A DNA stretch of 64,000 bases from an uncultured delta proteobacterium (GCA_963735595.1 CAVTLK010000001.1:1013781-1077780), one strand, 5' to 3'; counted from the stretch's first letter, positions 10,588 to 22,209 are shown. Made by a program: numbers and translations. Notes: a model not told the origin generated them from the sequence alone.

Positions 10588-11159
10588 GGGGGTTTCTATT
10601 GTCGAAGGGATCCCCTGGCAAAGAGCAAGAAGGAAAGGCTATCCGGGGCGACGCCCGGATACCCGGCGAGAAGATCGTGTTTGTTCCCATTGGGATCATC
10701 CACAGCGAGCACGTGAGGCCCGAGGAGACACCCGTCCAGCCCGTATACGCCGGGGGGTGCCCCGGCACCGCCGTGCTGGCCCCGGAATACGCGGAGGGGC
10801 TCAGAGATATTGAGGGCTTCTCTCACCTGCTGCTCCTCTACCACTTTCACAGGTCCGGGGCTTTCTCGCTCGTGGTCAAGCCCTTCCTGGACGACACCCC
10901 GCGCGGCCTGTTTGCAACCCGGCACCCATGCCGTCCCAACGGCATCGGCCTCAGTATAGTACGGCTTATTCGTCGCGAGGGGGCAACGCTCTATCTTGAA
11001 GACGTCGACATACTGGACAGAACCCCACTTCTGGACATAAAACCCTTCTTGCCCGGATGCGACATCCCCGGGGACACGCGGGGAGGATGGACCGAGCGGC
11101 TCGATCCGGACGAAAGCAGGCGGAGGGGCCGGCGGGGATATAGAGGACAAAAGCCTTAA
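10584..11159 (+). CDS. trmO: tRNA m6t6A37 methyltransferase TrmO (TsaA/YaeB family)
   Basis: PIGIIHS, GFSHLLLLYHFH, GLFATRHPCRPNGIGLS, DILDRTPLLDIKP; exact start uncertain. Confidence 0.88.
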   Translation: MRGFLLSKGSPGKEQEGKAIRGDARIPGEKIVFVPIGIIHSEHVRPEETPVQPVYAGGCPGTAVLAPEYAEGLRDIEGFSHLLLLYHFHRSGAFSLVVKPFLDDTPRGLFATRHPCRPNGIGLSIVRLIRREGATLYLEDVDILDRTPLLDIKPFLPGCDIPGDTRGGWTERLDPDESRRRGRRGYRGQKP

Positions 11160-11180
11160 GAAAAACGGAGAAATCTGGTC

Positions 11181-12056
11181 ATGAGAATTGCGGTGGCAAG
11201 CGGAAAAGGTGGGACGGGCAAAACTACGGTCGCGGTCAACCTTGCCGTAGTAGCAAGAGAGTTTATCAACGATGTTCAGTACGTCGATTGTGACGTGGAG
11301 GAGCCGGATGGTCACCTCTTTTTGAAACCACAGATCAGGAAGACGACACCCGCCGTCGTGATGGTTCCGGTCGTCGACGGGGCACGGTGTGATCTCTGCG
11401 GCCGTTGTGCCGAGGCGTGCCGCTTCAACGCCCTGTTGGTCACGAAGAAGAACGTGCTGGTATTCCCCGAGCTCTGTCACGGGTGCGGTGCCTGTATGAT
11501 CGTCTGCCCGTATGGGGCTATAAAGGAATCGACCCGCGAGATCGGGGTAATCGAAACGGGTTCGGCGGTCGTCGGGAAAAACGGGTTTTTCAATCGCAGA
11601 ATCGACTATCGCGCGGGCGTACTCAACGTGGGCGAGCACATGGCAACCCCTCTGGTGAGATCGGTAAAGGAGAAAACGGTCGGAAAGAGAATATCGATTA
11701 TTGACGCGTCACCGGGGACATCGTGTCCCGTAATCGAGGCGGTGAGGGACTGTGATTTCGTGGTGCTGGTGACCGAACCGACCCCGTTCGGCCTCTCCGA
11801 CCTCAGGCTTGCCGTCGGGATGACCAAAAGCCTCGGGCTTCCCCTGGGGATCATCATCAACCGGTCCCAGGGGATCGACGACGAACTCATGGACTACCTC
11901 ACGGCCGAGAACCTGACGGTCGTCGGAGAGATCCCCCTGAAAAGGGAGATCGCCGAGATGATATCCCGAGGTGAAATCGTGGTTATGAAAGATAAGTCCA
12001 TGAAGGTATTGTTTGGTCAGATCTTTAAAACAATAAATGATCAAAGAGGAAAATAA
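11181..12056 (+). CDS. MinD/ParA-like P-loop ATPase with inserted 2x[4Fe-4S] ferredoxin (Orp ATPase type)
   Basis: ASGKGGTGKTT, DCDVEEP, CDLCGRCAEAC, CHGCGACMIVCP, DASPGTSCP, VTEPTPFG. Confidence 0.92.
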   Translation: MRIAVASGKGGTGKTTVAVNLAVVAREFINDVQYVDCDVEEPDGHLFLKPQIRKTTPAVVMVPVVDGARCDLCGRCAEACRFNALLVTKKNVLVFPELCHGCGACMIVCPYGAIKESTREIGVIETGSAVVGKNGFFNRRIDYRAGVLNVGEHMATPLVRSVKEKTVGKRISIIDASPGTSCPVIEAVRDCDFVVLVTEPTPFGLSDLRLAVGMTKSLGLPLGIIINRSQGIDDELMDYLTAENLTVVGEIPLKREIAEMISRGEIVVMKDKSMKVLFGQIFKTINDQRGK

Positions 12057-12058
12057 CC

Positions 12059-13765
12059 ATGGGAAAGAAGATAGTTGTTATCGGTGGTGTGGCGTGCGGG
12101 CCGAAGGCCGCCGCCCGGGCCAGGAGGCTCGACCCCGAGGCCGAGATCACCATTATCGAGAAAGGTGAGATGCTTTCCTACGCCGGATGTGGCCTTCCCT
12201 ACTTTCTCTCGGGGGACGTTAAAGACGTGAAAGGTCTCATGGAGACGCCGGTGGGGGTTGTGAGAGACACGGTTTTCTTCAAGAATGTCAAGGATATCAA
12301 CGTCCTCAACAGGACGCTGGCCGATTCGATCGACCGAAAAAAAAAGGTCGTCCACATGCTTAACATCAAGAGCGGTGAACGTTCGGAGATTTCCTACGAC
12401 AAGCTGGTTATCGCGACGGGGGGGGCGCCCGTCTTGCCGCCGATACCGGGCCGCGATTCGCTCAACAACGTCTTTACCCTCTGCTCCCAGGCATGCGTCG
12501 AGGACGCCATGATGATCGACCGGGCATTGGGCAAAGAAGATATCAAGCGGGCGGTTATTATTGGTGGTGGTCTCATCGGTCTTGAGGTTACCGAGGCGCT
12601 CGTGAGACGGGGGCTTGCCGTTACGGTCGTCGAGATGCTTAACCGAATACTCCCCAACATCTTTGACTGGGAGATGAGCGCCTTCTTGACCCGGTGCCTC
12701 GTTGAAAAGGGGGTCGTTGTCATGACCGGGACGAAGGTGAGCGAGTTGAAGGGAGACGGAGCGGGCGACGTAACGCATGTCGTTACGGACAAGGGCGAGA
12801 TCCCCGCGGACTTCGTGCTCGTGTCGGTGGGCGTTAGGCCGAACGTAAAGCTCGCAGCGGATTGCGGCCTCACTGTCGGGCAGCTGGGCGGAATAGTCAT
12901 CGACGAAGAGATGCGAACCTCCGATCCCGACATCTACGCCGGCGGTGACTGCGTGGAACAGGTTGGGATCGTCCACGGACAGCGGGTGTTTGCTCCCATG
13001 GGGTCGACGGCCAACAAGCACGGCCGCGTCATCGGGACTAATGTTGTCGGAGGCAAAGATGTTTTTAAGGGAGTGTGCGGCACCGCTATCGTTAAGGTCT
13101 TTGACTGCACTGCGGCCTCGACGGGGCTTACCGAAGTTGCGGCACAAAAAGCGGGTTTTGACGTTGAGACGATCCTCTCCCCCTCTCCCGACAAGGCCCA
13201 CTTCTATCCAGGGGCAAAGCCTATCGCCATCAAACTCGTCGCCGACAAAAAGAGCCGGAGACTCCTCGGAGCCCAGATCATGGGCCCGGGCGACGTGGAT
13301 AAGCGCATCGACGTGGCGGCGACCGCGGTCGGGTTCGGGGCCACGGTCGATCAGGTGGCCAATCTGGATCTCGGGTATGCCCCGCCCTATTCCCCGGCAA
13401 TGGACAACATCATCACCGCTGCAAACATCGTGAGGAATAAACTCGACGGGCTGGCCAAGAGCGTGACGCCGATGGAGGCGATGGATAGAATCAAACGTGG
13501 TACAGACTGCCTGTTCCTGGATGTCCGGATGCCCGCCGAGCTCGACGAGCAGGGGCGGCTACCCTCGGACAAGGTCGCGCATATCCCGCTGGGCAAGCTC
13601 CGCATGGAGGCCCATACGCTCCCAAAGGATAAGGAGATCATCGCCTTCTGCAAGATCAGCCTCAGGGGCTACGAGGCGGCTAAGACGCTCGAGGGGCTTG
13701 GTTTCAAGGATGTTAAGTTCCTGGACGGTGGCATTTTAATGTGGCCCTATGAGAAAAGGAAATAG
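12059..13765 (+). CDS. FAD-dependent CoA-disulfide/persulfide reductase with a C-terminal rhodanese domain (CoADR-RHD/Npsr-like)
   Basis: IGGVACG FAD motif, SYAGCGLPY redox Cys, GGGLIGLE, YAGGDC, LGYAPPYS; rhodanese LDVR...FCKISLRG...LDGG. Confidence 0.9.
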   Translation: MGKKIVVIGGVACGPKAAARARRLDPEAEITIIEKGEMLSYAGCGLPYFLSGDVKDVKGLMETPVGVVRDTVFFKNVKDINVLNRTLADSIDRKKKVVHMLNIKSGERSEISYDKLVIATGGAPVLPPIPGRDSLNNVFTLCSQACVEDAMMIDRALGKEDIKRAVIIGGGLIGLEVTEALVRRGLAVTVVEMLNRILPNIFDWEMSAFLTRCLVEKGVVVMTGTKVSELKGDGAGDVTHVVTDKGEIPADFVLVSVGVRPNVKLAADCGLTVGQLGGIVIDEEMRTSDPDIYAGGDCVEQVGIVHGQRVFAPMGSTANKHGRVIGTNVVGGKDVFKGVCGTAIVKVFDCTAASTGLTEVAAQKAGFDVETILSPSPDKAHFYPGAKPIAIKLVADKKSRRLLGAQIMGPGDVDKRIDVAATAVGFGATVDQVANLDLGYAPPYSPAMDNIITAANIVRNKLDGLAKSVTPMEAMDRIKRGTDCLFLDVRMPAELDEQGRLPSDKVAHIPLGKLRMEAHTLPKDKEIIAFCKISLRGYEAAKTLEGLGFKDVKFLDGGILMWPYEKRK

Positions 13766-13837
13766 GTTAAGTCATTCTGGATAGGTAACCCATATCCATG
13801 TGGTGTCAAAACTCACTGGAAGGAAATCAATGCTGAC

Positions 13838-14269
13838 ATGAGTGATTCTTACACCAATCTTGTTCTCGATCATTTCAAGAATCCGAGGAACGTCGGGATC
13901 ATTGAACATCCCGACATCCATGTCCGGGTCGGTGACCCGACATGCGGCGATTCGATGGAGCTCTTCGTGAGTACTGACGGGACTGTCTCCACCGTCAAGG
14001 ATATCAGCTATCTCGTCTACGGATGCCCGGCGGCCATCGCCACGTCGAGCGTCGCCACGGAAATGATGAAGGGAAAAGACGTCCCGTACTGCCTTTCCCT
14101 GACCGACGATGATATTGTTGAGGCCCTCGGTGCCCTGCCCGAAGGCAAGAAACACTGCTCTCTGATGGTATTAATAGCGTTCAGGGCGGCTATTAAATGG
14201 ATTAGGGACAACAACAAGGTGGAAGAGGGATACGTCTCAGAGGGTATCGCTGTTAGCAAACAAGGATAA
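13838..14269 (+). CDS. iscU: IscU/NifU-like Fe-S scaffold
   Basis: DHFKNPRNVG, PTCGD, GCPAAIA, KKHCS: all three scaffold cysteines present. Confidence 0.9.
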   Translation: MSDSYTNLVLDHFKNPRNVGIIEHPDIHVRVGDPTCGDSMELFVSTDGTVSTVKDISYLVYGCPAAIATSSVATEMMKGKDVPYCLSLTDDDIVEALGALPEGKKHCSLMVLIAFRAAIKWIRDNNKVEEGYVSEGIAVSKQG

Positions 14270-14295
14270 CACAAGAAACGATACAGGATCGAGAA

Positions 14296-15207
14296 ATGGA
14301 ACAAGTCGTCATAATCAGTGGCAAGGGTGGGACCGGCAAGACAACCGTTTGCGCCGCAATCTCCCAACTTCTCGAAAGCAAGGTTATCTGCGATGCAGAC
14401 GTCGACGCGGCAAATCTGCACCTCCTCCTCTCGCCACAGGTAAAGGAGACGAGGAATTTTTTCGGGAGCGAGCGACCGGCCGTCGACCTGAAGAAATGCT
14501 CGCGTTGCCGCCGATGCGTCGATGCCTGCCGTTTCGACGCCTTCCTCACCGATGCGGAGGGCTTTCCTCATGTGCGGGAGGAATATTGCGAAGGATGCGC
14601 CGCCTGTGTGCAGGTATGCCGTCCCCTGGCCATCACAATGGTCCCTCACAAGTCGGGCGAGTTCTATATCTCGGAAACGGCGGCAGGACCGATGGTTCAC
14701 GCACGCCTCGGAATCGCCGAGGACAACTCCGGCCGGCTCGTCAGCGAGGTCCGCAAGGCGGCGGCGAAGATCGCTCAGGAAAGGGGGCTATCCACCGTAC
14801 TTATCGACGGCCCCCCCGGGATCGGGTGCCCCGTCATCGCTTCCATAACCGGGACGAGCCTTGCCGTGGCGGTGACGGAGCCCACGGTCAGCGGCGCCCA
14901 CGACCTGACGAGGATCCTCGCGTTGACGACCCATTTTGAAGTCCCCGCATTGGTTGTTATCAATAAGTATGATATAAATATGGACATGTCTGAGAAAATA
15001 ATGCGCGAAGCCGAAAGCATAGGTTCTCCGGTCGTCGGAAAGATTCCCTATCACGAGGCGGTAATCGATGCGGTGAGAAAAAAGAAGACTCTGATCGAGT
15101 CAGGGCCGGAGAACGTAAGAAAAGAAATTATCGCGATATTCGGTGAGATAGAGAAACGGTTGAACGGTCACCTTCCTGAGGGTGAATCCATTGACGGAGA
15201 TAAATAG
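14296..15207 (+). CDS. Second P-loop ATPase with 2x[4Fe-4S] (Orp ATPase partner)
   Basis: SGKGGTGKT, DADVDAANL, CSRCRRCVDAC, CEGCAACVQVC, NSGRLV, DGPPGIGCP, VTEPTVSG. Confidence 0.92.
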   Translation: MEQVVIISGKGGTGKTTVCAAISQLLESKVICDADVDAANLHLLLSPQVKETRNFFGSERPAVDLKKCSRCRRCVDACRFDAFLTDAEGFPHVREEYCEGCAACVQVCRPLAITMVPHKSGEFYISETAAGPMVHARLGIAEDNSGRLVSEVRKAAAKIAQERGLSTVLIDGPPGIGCPVIASITGTSLAVAVTEPTVSGAHDLTRILALTTHFEVPALVVINKYDINMDMSEKIMREAESIGSPVVGKIPYHEAVIDAVRKKKTLIESGPENVRKEIIAIFGEIEKRLNGHLPEGESIDGDK

Positions 15208-16115
15208 TGAAAAAGCGGAACATATTCGGAAAAATCTTAGGCATAAAATTAGTGATCATTCTCACTCTCTTTCTGATCTCACTGCTTTCATTGAGCTACG
15301 CCGTGGTCTCATTACTATATGGCGAGTCAAAAAGGGACGTTAAGTTGCCGACGTTCTTGGGAAACAAACAGGACAATATTGATTTACTCAAGAAAACCGA
15401 TTCCGGTTCTACCCCCTTCTCCTTCTTTATAGCGGGAGATATACAGCAAAACGATTTCTTTCCTGCCGTTTATCGCGACAACATTAACGATGACTCGCCG
15501 GAATTTGGCGTTCTATTAGGTGACAACGTGAGACCCGCTACCATGGAATCTCATAATTCATTCATGCTGGACTTCGCAACCTGGGGGGTTAAGGAGCCGG
15601 TATTTCTCGTCTGCGGTAATCACGATATCGTTACTAAGAAAGATATGGCTCGAAACAGACGGTATTCCTTTACCTTGGATGATTTCGAAAAGACCTACGG
15701 CCCGGCCGATTTTTCTTTCACGTATCACGGCTGCCTGTTTATTATTCTCAATAACATCGACACCGACAGCCACGTCGCGTACCTTGCCGATACCCTCTCG
15801 CACAGGAAGAAAGACACCCTCATGACCTTCGTTTTTATACATATACCGGCGCACACAATCTCTCCTAAAATCAAGAGCAGGAAAATGCTGGGAGAACAAG
15901 AGTTCCTGTCTATGATTAAAGACTACAACGTCGACTATGTCATCTCGGGGGATTTTCATTCCTATTTTCGTGCTGGAGTCGGGAATACAGTCTTCCTTAT
16001 CTCGGGGGGCGGAATGGATAGAATGGGTGATAATAAGCAGAACAGAAAAGGCGCGTATCACGCCATGCTCATCCAGGTCGACCCGATCACGAAAGACGTG
16101 GCCGAGCGGATATAA
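15207..16115 (+). CDS. Membrane-anchored calcineurin-like metallophosphoesterase, possibly cut at a segment junction
   Basis: AGDIQ, LGDNV, CGNHD, FIHIP, SGDFH motifs; N-terminal TM helix. Confidence 0.8.
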   Translation: MKKRNIFGKILGIKLVIILTLFLISLLSLSYAVVSLLYGESKRDVKLPTFLGNKQDNIDLLKKTDSGSTPFSFFIAGDIQQNDFFPAVYRDNINDDSPEFGVLLGDNVRPATMESHNSFMLDFATWGVKEPVFLVCGNHDIVTKKDMARNRRYSFTLDDFEKTYGPADFSFTYHGCLFIILNNIDTDSHVAYLADTLSHRKKDTLMTFVFIHIPAHTISPKIKSRKMLGEQEFLSMIKDYNVDYVISGDFHSYFRAGVGNTVFLISGGGMDRMGDNKQNRKGAYHAMLIQVDPITKDVAERI

Positions 16116-16156
16116 TACCCGGCATGACTACAAAGAATCTTAACCTGTTATATTAC

Positions 16157-16219
16157 GTCCCTATGGGACTTGGGTTCACGTATTATTTAATGCTACCGAC
16201 AGTATGTCCCTAACGGGAC
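16157..16219. repeat. Pair of REP-like short palindromes
   Basis: GTCCCtatGGGAC (16157-16169) and GTCCCtaacGGGAC (16206-16219). Confidence 0.6.
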
Positions 16220-16407
16220 GGCGAACCTATTTTCTGTAACAATTTCAGTCTTCAAAAGTCAACTATATTAAATTTTACTACTATTTAACCAGTTGTGCGG
16301 ATAATTTTTTTTACGGCTTTTTTGTTTTTGAACTGACAACCGCACAACGGTTACTATTTAATTTAATACTATTGTATGCAATCCTGTAATCCAATTCAAA
16401 ATTTAAA

Positions 16408-18790
16408 TCAATTTTTTGTACTCATCGAAGGTGGTGGCACTGCAATACCCCATGTGGTATTTGGCTGTTCCCCCATTTCGAAAATCAAGGTACCCCCATC
16501 GGTCAGTTTCTTACGGTCGATCCAGCAATTTTCTATTTTCATTTTATTGAGGGATGCAGCTTGTATGTAACTACTTATTCTTTAGAGTTGTTGGTGGTTT
16601 CAATAACCAGTTGCTTCCCGGAATAATATTTCGGATCGAGCCGGATGGTCACTTTATCAAACAATGGGCTGCCAAACTGAAAAGTGGGGTTCATGGATGC
16701 ATGTCCCTGTACATCAAACAATCCAAGTGCCGCCATCACATACCAGGCACCCAATTGCCCCTGGTCTTCATCCTGCCCAACACCATATCCACGCAGCGGT
16801 TCTGTTCCATAAAATTCATCGCAAATGGCCCTTGTCCATTTTTGGGTTAGCCAGGGCTTACCACTGTAATTGAATAACCACGAATTGTGCAAACAGGGCT
16901 GGTTGCCATGATTGTATTGTTTGTCAATTCCGGAGAAGCTGTTGATTTCATCTCGCCACCGCCAAACTTGCTTTTTTGTGCGCTCTCAAACATGTCTCCA
17001 GCCGCTGGTTAAATAATTCTTTTCCCATTAACCGGATAAGACCTTCCACATCATGCGGAACATACCAGGTATATTGAAAAGCGTTTCCTTCCTGAAATCC
17101 ATCCCAGGCTTTCATCGGATCAAATTTTTGAATAAATGATCCATCTTCCCTTTTTGGACGAATGTATTTTGTTTCTCGATCAAATAAATTTTGATAATGC
17201 CCAGCCTGTTTCATCAGCTTTTCATAATCTGCTTTATGTCCCAATGCTTTTGACATTTGTGCAACTGCATAAGAACTATACGCATATTCCAGCGTGTGTG
17301 ATGCGCCAAAATTAAATACCCAACCATTTGATAGCGTGGTATCTTTGTATGGCACATAACCGTTCTTAATGAAATACCTCAAATCGTATTTCCCGTTTCC
17401 AAGGTTTCGGCCATTGAATTCCATTTCATTCTTTAAAGCCGCTTCGTAACCCGTTCTTCACATCAAAGTCCCTGATTCCGCAATTATAGGCCGATGCCAG
17501 CAATAAACCCTGGAAATTGGTTTGAACACCATTGGTATAAATACCTGCTGCTTCACCATCATGCAACCAGCCGCGGGTTTTATAATAATCGATATTTGAT
17601 TGCACATATTCTTTGAAATAGTCGGGATAGGCCAAAGCCCAGAGCTGGCTCAGGTTCCAGAACCCACCCCATATTCCATCGGTGTTGTAATGATGGTGTT
17701 TGGGTTTTCCGGATTCATCCAGTGGGATCTGCCCAATGCCGCCATCTACCAATGGATATTGTCCGTTTACATCGCTGGAAATACCGCGGCCCAATAGAGC
17801 ATGATACAGGCCGGTGTAGAATTTCACCTTGTTAAGACTGTCGCGGTCCTCCACATGAATCCGGCCCAGTTTCTCATTCCAGGCATCTTTTGCTATTTTG
17901 CGAACAGCATCAAAAGACTTTCCCGTGGCCTCTGTTTTCCGATTCAACCGGGCATTCTCAATGGAGGTATAACTCAGTCCGGTTGTAATTTCCAACACCT
18001 CGTTTTTTTGCATACTGAAATTCAGAAACAGGCCATTACCAATGCCTTTGGTTTCGGAAACGCCGGCAAATTGAATTGAATCTACAAAAGAGCCTGTTGC
18101 TGTGGGGCGTTTGCTTAAATGTGCCACGAAGTACATTTTTACTTTTTTATCCGGGTCACAAAATTTGGCATATTCTGGATAAGTCTCTATATACCCTTCC
18201 ACTTCATTTCCATTCACAAGTTTTGCATAAGCATCTGTAACGCCACTGCTTTCGCCTTGCCGGTGCCCGATGTCTATAACAAGATGCGCTTCCTTAGTTT
18301 CAGGAAAAGTATATCGATGAAATCCCACCCTTTCGGTGGCGGTTATTTCTGCCTTAATTCCATAATCTTTCAGTATCACTGAATAGTACCCGGGCACGGC
18401 ATGTTCCGATTCCTTGTCGAAACGGGAACGATACCCCCCATCCGGATTTTCGAGCGTTCCCGGAATGGTTTGCACAGCACCAACCGTTGGCATAAAAACC
18501 AGTCCTCCAATTTGAAATTCATGAAAATGACCAAAGCCTTCGATCGAGTTGTGCCGGTCATCGTACCCACAGGGCCCCCAACTTCCTGCACTTCCGTAGG
18601 CATTGGTGTGCGGTGCCAGCTTGGCCATTCCAAAAGGCATGGATGCAGGTGTATAGAAAAACCATCGGCCATGTACTGAGCCAATCTGCGGATCAACATA
18701 AGCAGAGGGATTAAAAGGATCGTTTTTTACTTGTGCAGTACCTGCAAAAACAAGCAATAACAAACACAATATCGAATAGCCATTTTTCAT
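16408..18790 (-). CDS. GH92 alpha-1,2-mannosidase family glycosidase, split by at least three frameshifts
   Basis: YVDPQIGS, PFGMAKLAP, TATERVGFHRYTF, KFYTGLYH, SHTLEYAY, FQEGNAFQYTWYVPHD, YNHGNQP, DEDQGQLGAWYV; ends VPPPSMSTKN* at 16408; Bacteroidota-like signal peptide. Confidence 0.9.
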
Positions 18791-18853
18791 TTTTTATTAT
18801 TTAATAATTTGCATAAGCAACGGTTACTAAAATAATGTCAATCAATTCAGCAT

Positions 18854-21800
18854 TTACATTTTCAATAAAAACTCCGAAACGCCCATTGGCGCCAATTTCG
18901 CATTGCCCTCAATTTTTTCTTTCTGTCCGGAGCTAATATTTGTAATTGATTGAGGCTTTAATGATTTCCAGACAAAACCAGTCTCCTGCACTGATTGCTC
19001 AGGATTAAATAAACGAAGCAGGAAATTCCCATCTTCATCCGGAGTAATGCTGGTAACCACTATTCGGTTATTTGTTAATTCAAAAAGTTGACCCGGTAAT
19101 ATTGTCGCACCGTTTATGGGCAGTGCTATTAAAGGTTGTGTAAATGAAGCGGCAGCTTTCTCCATCTCCGAAGCATTCAACATACCATGAGGCCGCAATG
19201 CATATTTAAAATGACTGATACCTCCCTGGTCGGCTTTGTAATTGGTATGCCAGTAATTATTCATTGCATAACTAAACCAGGTGGCTGTTGCTTTCCCCTC
19301 TTTTTTCCATTCCTTATGGCTTTGATCTATTGATCTTCTTTCATCAATCATGCTACCGGGTTCCACCAATGGCGCTTCCAGCAACATCCATTGCATTCCC
19401 TTATCTCCGGCAGAAACATCCAGCCATCTACGGCCATATAAATAATCCATATTTGAACCAGGTAACTGGTCGGCAATAAATTGCATGGTTCCATAACCTG
19501 CATCCAGGGTGGTCTTATTTAGCAATGGATTAAAAGGGAATCCAAAATGAACCGCTTCCTTTTCGCGGATTGCTTTTTTGTCAATGGTGTTTTCAATCAA
19601 CACTTCACCGGCACCTGCATACAGTGAAATGTTTCTTTCTAATCTGTTTGCTCCCGGCGCCCCCGAACTTATATTAATAGTGGTTACAACCGGGCCATTG
19701 GCTATTATCTTTACCTGGACATTGTCATTTGAAACAGCATCTGCCGGATTTAGACCCGGTACATACCAGTAACTATTCAGGCCCTGTTTATTAAAAATTC
19801 CAGCAAAATTAAAATCATTACCGGTTTGCAAATTTGTTATGCTTCCGTTGTTTTTATTCCAGGTAATCGAAATTTTTCCGTTCGAAAGTGAACTGTCTGT
19901 TATTAAAAAAGAAGTAATAGCTGGTAATACTGTCTTCATCCGTAATTTCATATACAGCAGTTCCCAAAGGCGGCACATCATTTGCCATAAAAACGGACTT
20001 TCCATCACTCAATTTTTGCAATGGAATTTTTTTGCCGGTAACATCGATAACTGATTTATTACTTTCTGTTGCAGCTATCACTACCGGTCCGCTGCGTTTC
20101 CAGGAGGAAGTATTGAATACGGCAATTTTTTTTGATTGCGAATGATGGAGTGGTTTCAGCAAGGATTGCTCCAAACTACTAATCTGTTCGGCAGCATCCA
20201 GCATAAATTGTTTTTTTATCCGCCATTGTTCGGTAACAAATGGAATGTCAGGCTGGGTAGTACTGTTATGTGCTCCCCAGGTATGCTCATGAAACATTAG
20301 AATGTTTGTCCAGGCTTCATAAAATTTTTGCCGGTTAAACTCCTTCGGGTTAAGCATAGAATACAGTGTTGTTAATTGTTGCAGGCGCAGACTATTCAGC
20401 CTGTTTTTACCTTCTTCATCTGCGGTAGAGACAGCACCATCCTCCCAGTAAGGTGAAATATCTCCTTTTACTACCGGGATATTGTTACCATACTTTTGTT
20501 CAAAAGCCTCAAATAGTTTATCGGTGGTATTTAATACAATTTTTGGTGAGGCATACTTTTCATTCCATTGCTTTACGAATGCCGAAATAGTGGTATCTAT
20601 GGGCCCGTTATCAGCTACAATATTATACCTCCATTGTACCATTTCGTAGGGATATCCATTTTCGGTAAGTTCATTCAGATAACCGGCAATTTTTTTGGGT
20701 CCTCTTTCAAATACAGCACCCGGGCTGGTTCCATGCCAGGAGGAATAACCTTTAGCACCGGTCCAGAACAATACTTTTTCTTCCCCGGAAGGTGAGGTCC
20801 ACCAAACCGGTTTGTCGGCCCAGGTTTTTACAAAATGACCGGCCCTGTCGCCCCAATAAGGATGATTTTCACCCATAAAATTGGGACCGCTGGAAAAATA
20901 TTTCACCCCGCCTTTTGCCAGGCCGGTTACTGTGGTCCATGCATAACCGGGAATATCGGATATCATTGCACTGTTGATGACAAAACCAAATTCCTTTCTG
21001 AGTTGTGCTGCATAATCGGTGTAATGAAACATTTCCTCCGGTTCACTGATTCCTGTTAGTATATTGGCATACAATGCAGACAAACAAATACTACCTTCTT
21101 TTACAGCTCCGACAAATTTTTCTTTTTGTGCGGGAGTGGCCTGTTTTAAATAATTTTCAACCGCCCAGAGCGATTCAATGTTCCATTTAAATTTTGCTTC
21201 GGCGGGATAATCTTTTGGTGACTTCAATCATACGCAATGCATCATCAATATTTTTGATGTGAATCTTTAATACCTCAGGCTGCAGATGGGAATAACCAAT
21301 ATCGGTATGTGAATGATGAATAAAATGCAGTTCCCGGTAGATCACCGGTCTTAGGGATACAAACCTGTTGACCAATACTTTTTTACCCGCCGAAATATGA
21401 ATGAACACACTATCCGGTTTTTGAACACGCAGTAACAGGTATGTCAAAAATGTTTACGCCATCCTTTGCCACAAAAGAATGTGATTCTTTATTATTGATC
21501 TTCACCTGTAGTGTTTGGTTTTCACCAAAATGCAGTGCCGTTAATTCAATGGGTTGCTTACCGTTTTTTAATAGAAAAGGCATCGGATTGATGTCTACCT
21601 TCTCTTCAAACGAAAACTTAAAAGTCATGTACCAGTCATTGCTGTTTTGTGCCTGGCCAACCACTTTTATTTTTACTGCTTGTCCGGCTTTTACCTTACT
21701 TACCGGCAAGCGCAGGTAGGCCATACCATGTGCATCGTTGGCACCATCCCTTTTTGTTTGCTCAAATACCAACCTTGAACTGTCGGGAGCACCAAATGTC

Positions 21801-22180
21801 CAGTCGGGCATTTGATGTGCGGGAAAAGTAGTAAAGGTCAACAGTTTGGTTCCATCCACATATACATCAAAATTACGGTTGCCACTACTGGTGCCGGAAG
21901 AATGCGCAGCCACCCAACTGAAATAAATATATGGGCCTTTTACATTGGATGGAGCTGGTGCAGTTTCCCATTCAATGATTTTGTTACCATTAGTTGTGCG
22001 ACTTAGCAAAGCGGTAGTCGCATAATCAGGGAAGGCAGAAAAATAGCTGATATTTTCTCCGCTGATTTCCTTTGCAAAACCATTCACCCAGGTTATTTTA
22101 CCAAAATAAGGCACTGTTTTTTGTGATTGTACCTGCAGTGCAAACGTTAACAGTGCAGCAAACAGGAATATATTTTTCAT
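18854..22180 (-). CDS. Large secreted GH38-like glycoside hydrolase, split by about three frameshifts
   Basis: Signal peptide; HHSHTDIGYS metal motif, FKWNIESLW, DIPGYAW, YWEDG, FHEHTWG, MNNYWHTNYKADQ across four consecutive ORF pieces. Confidence 0.8.
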
Positions 22181-22209
22181 GAAAAACTAATTTTATAGAT
22201 TTCAAAATA

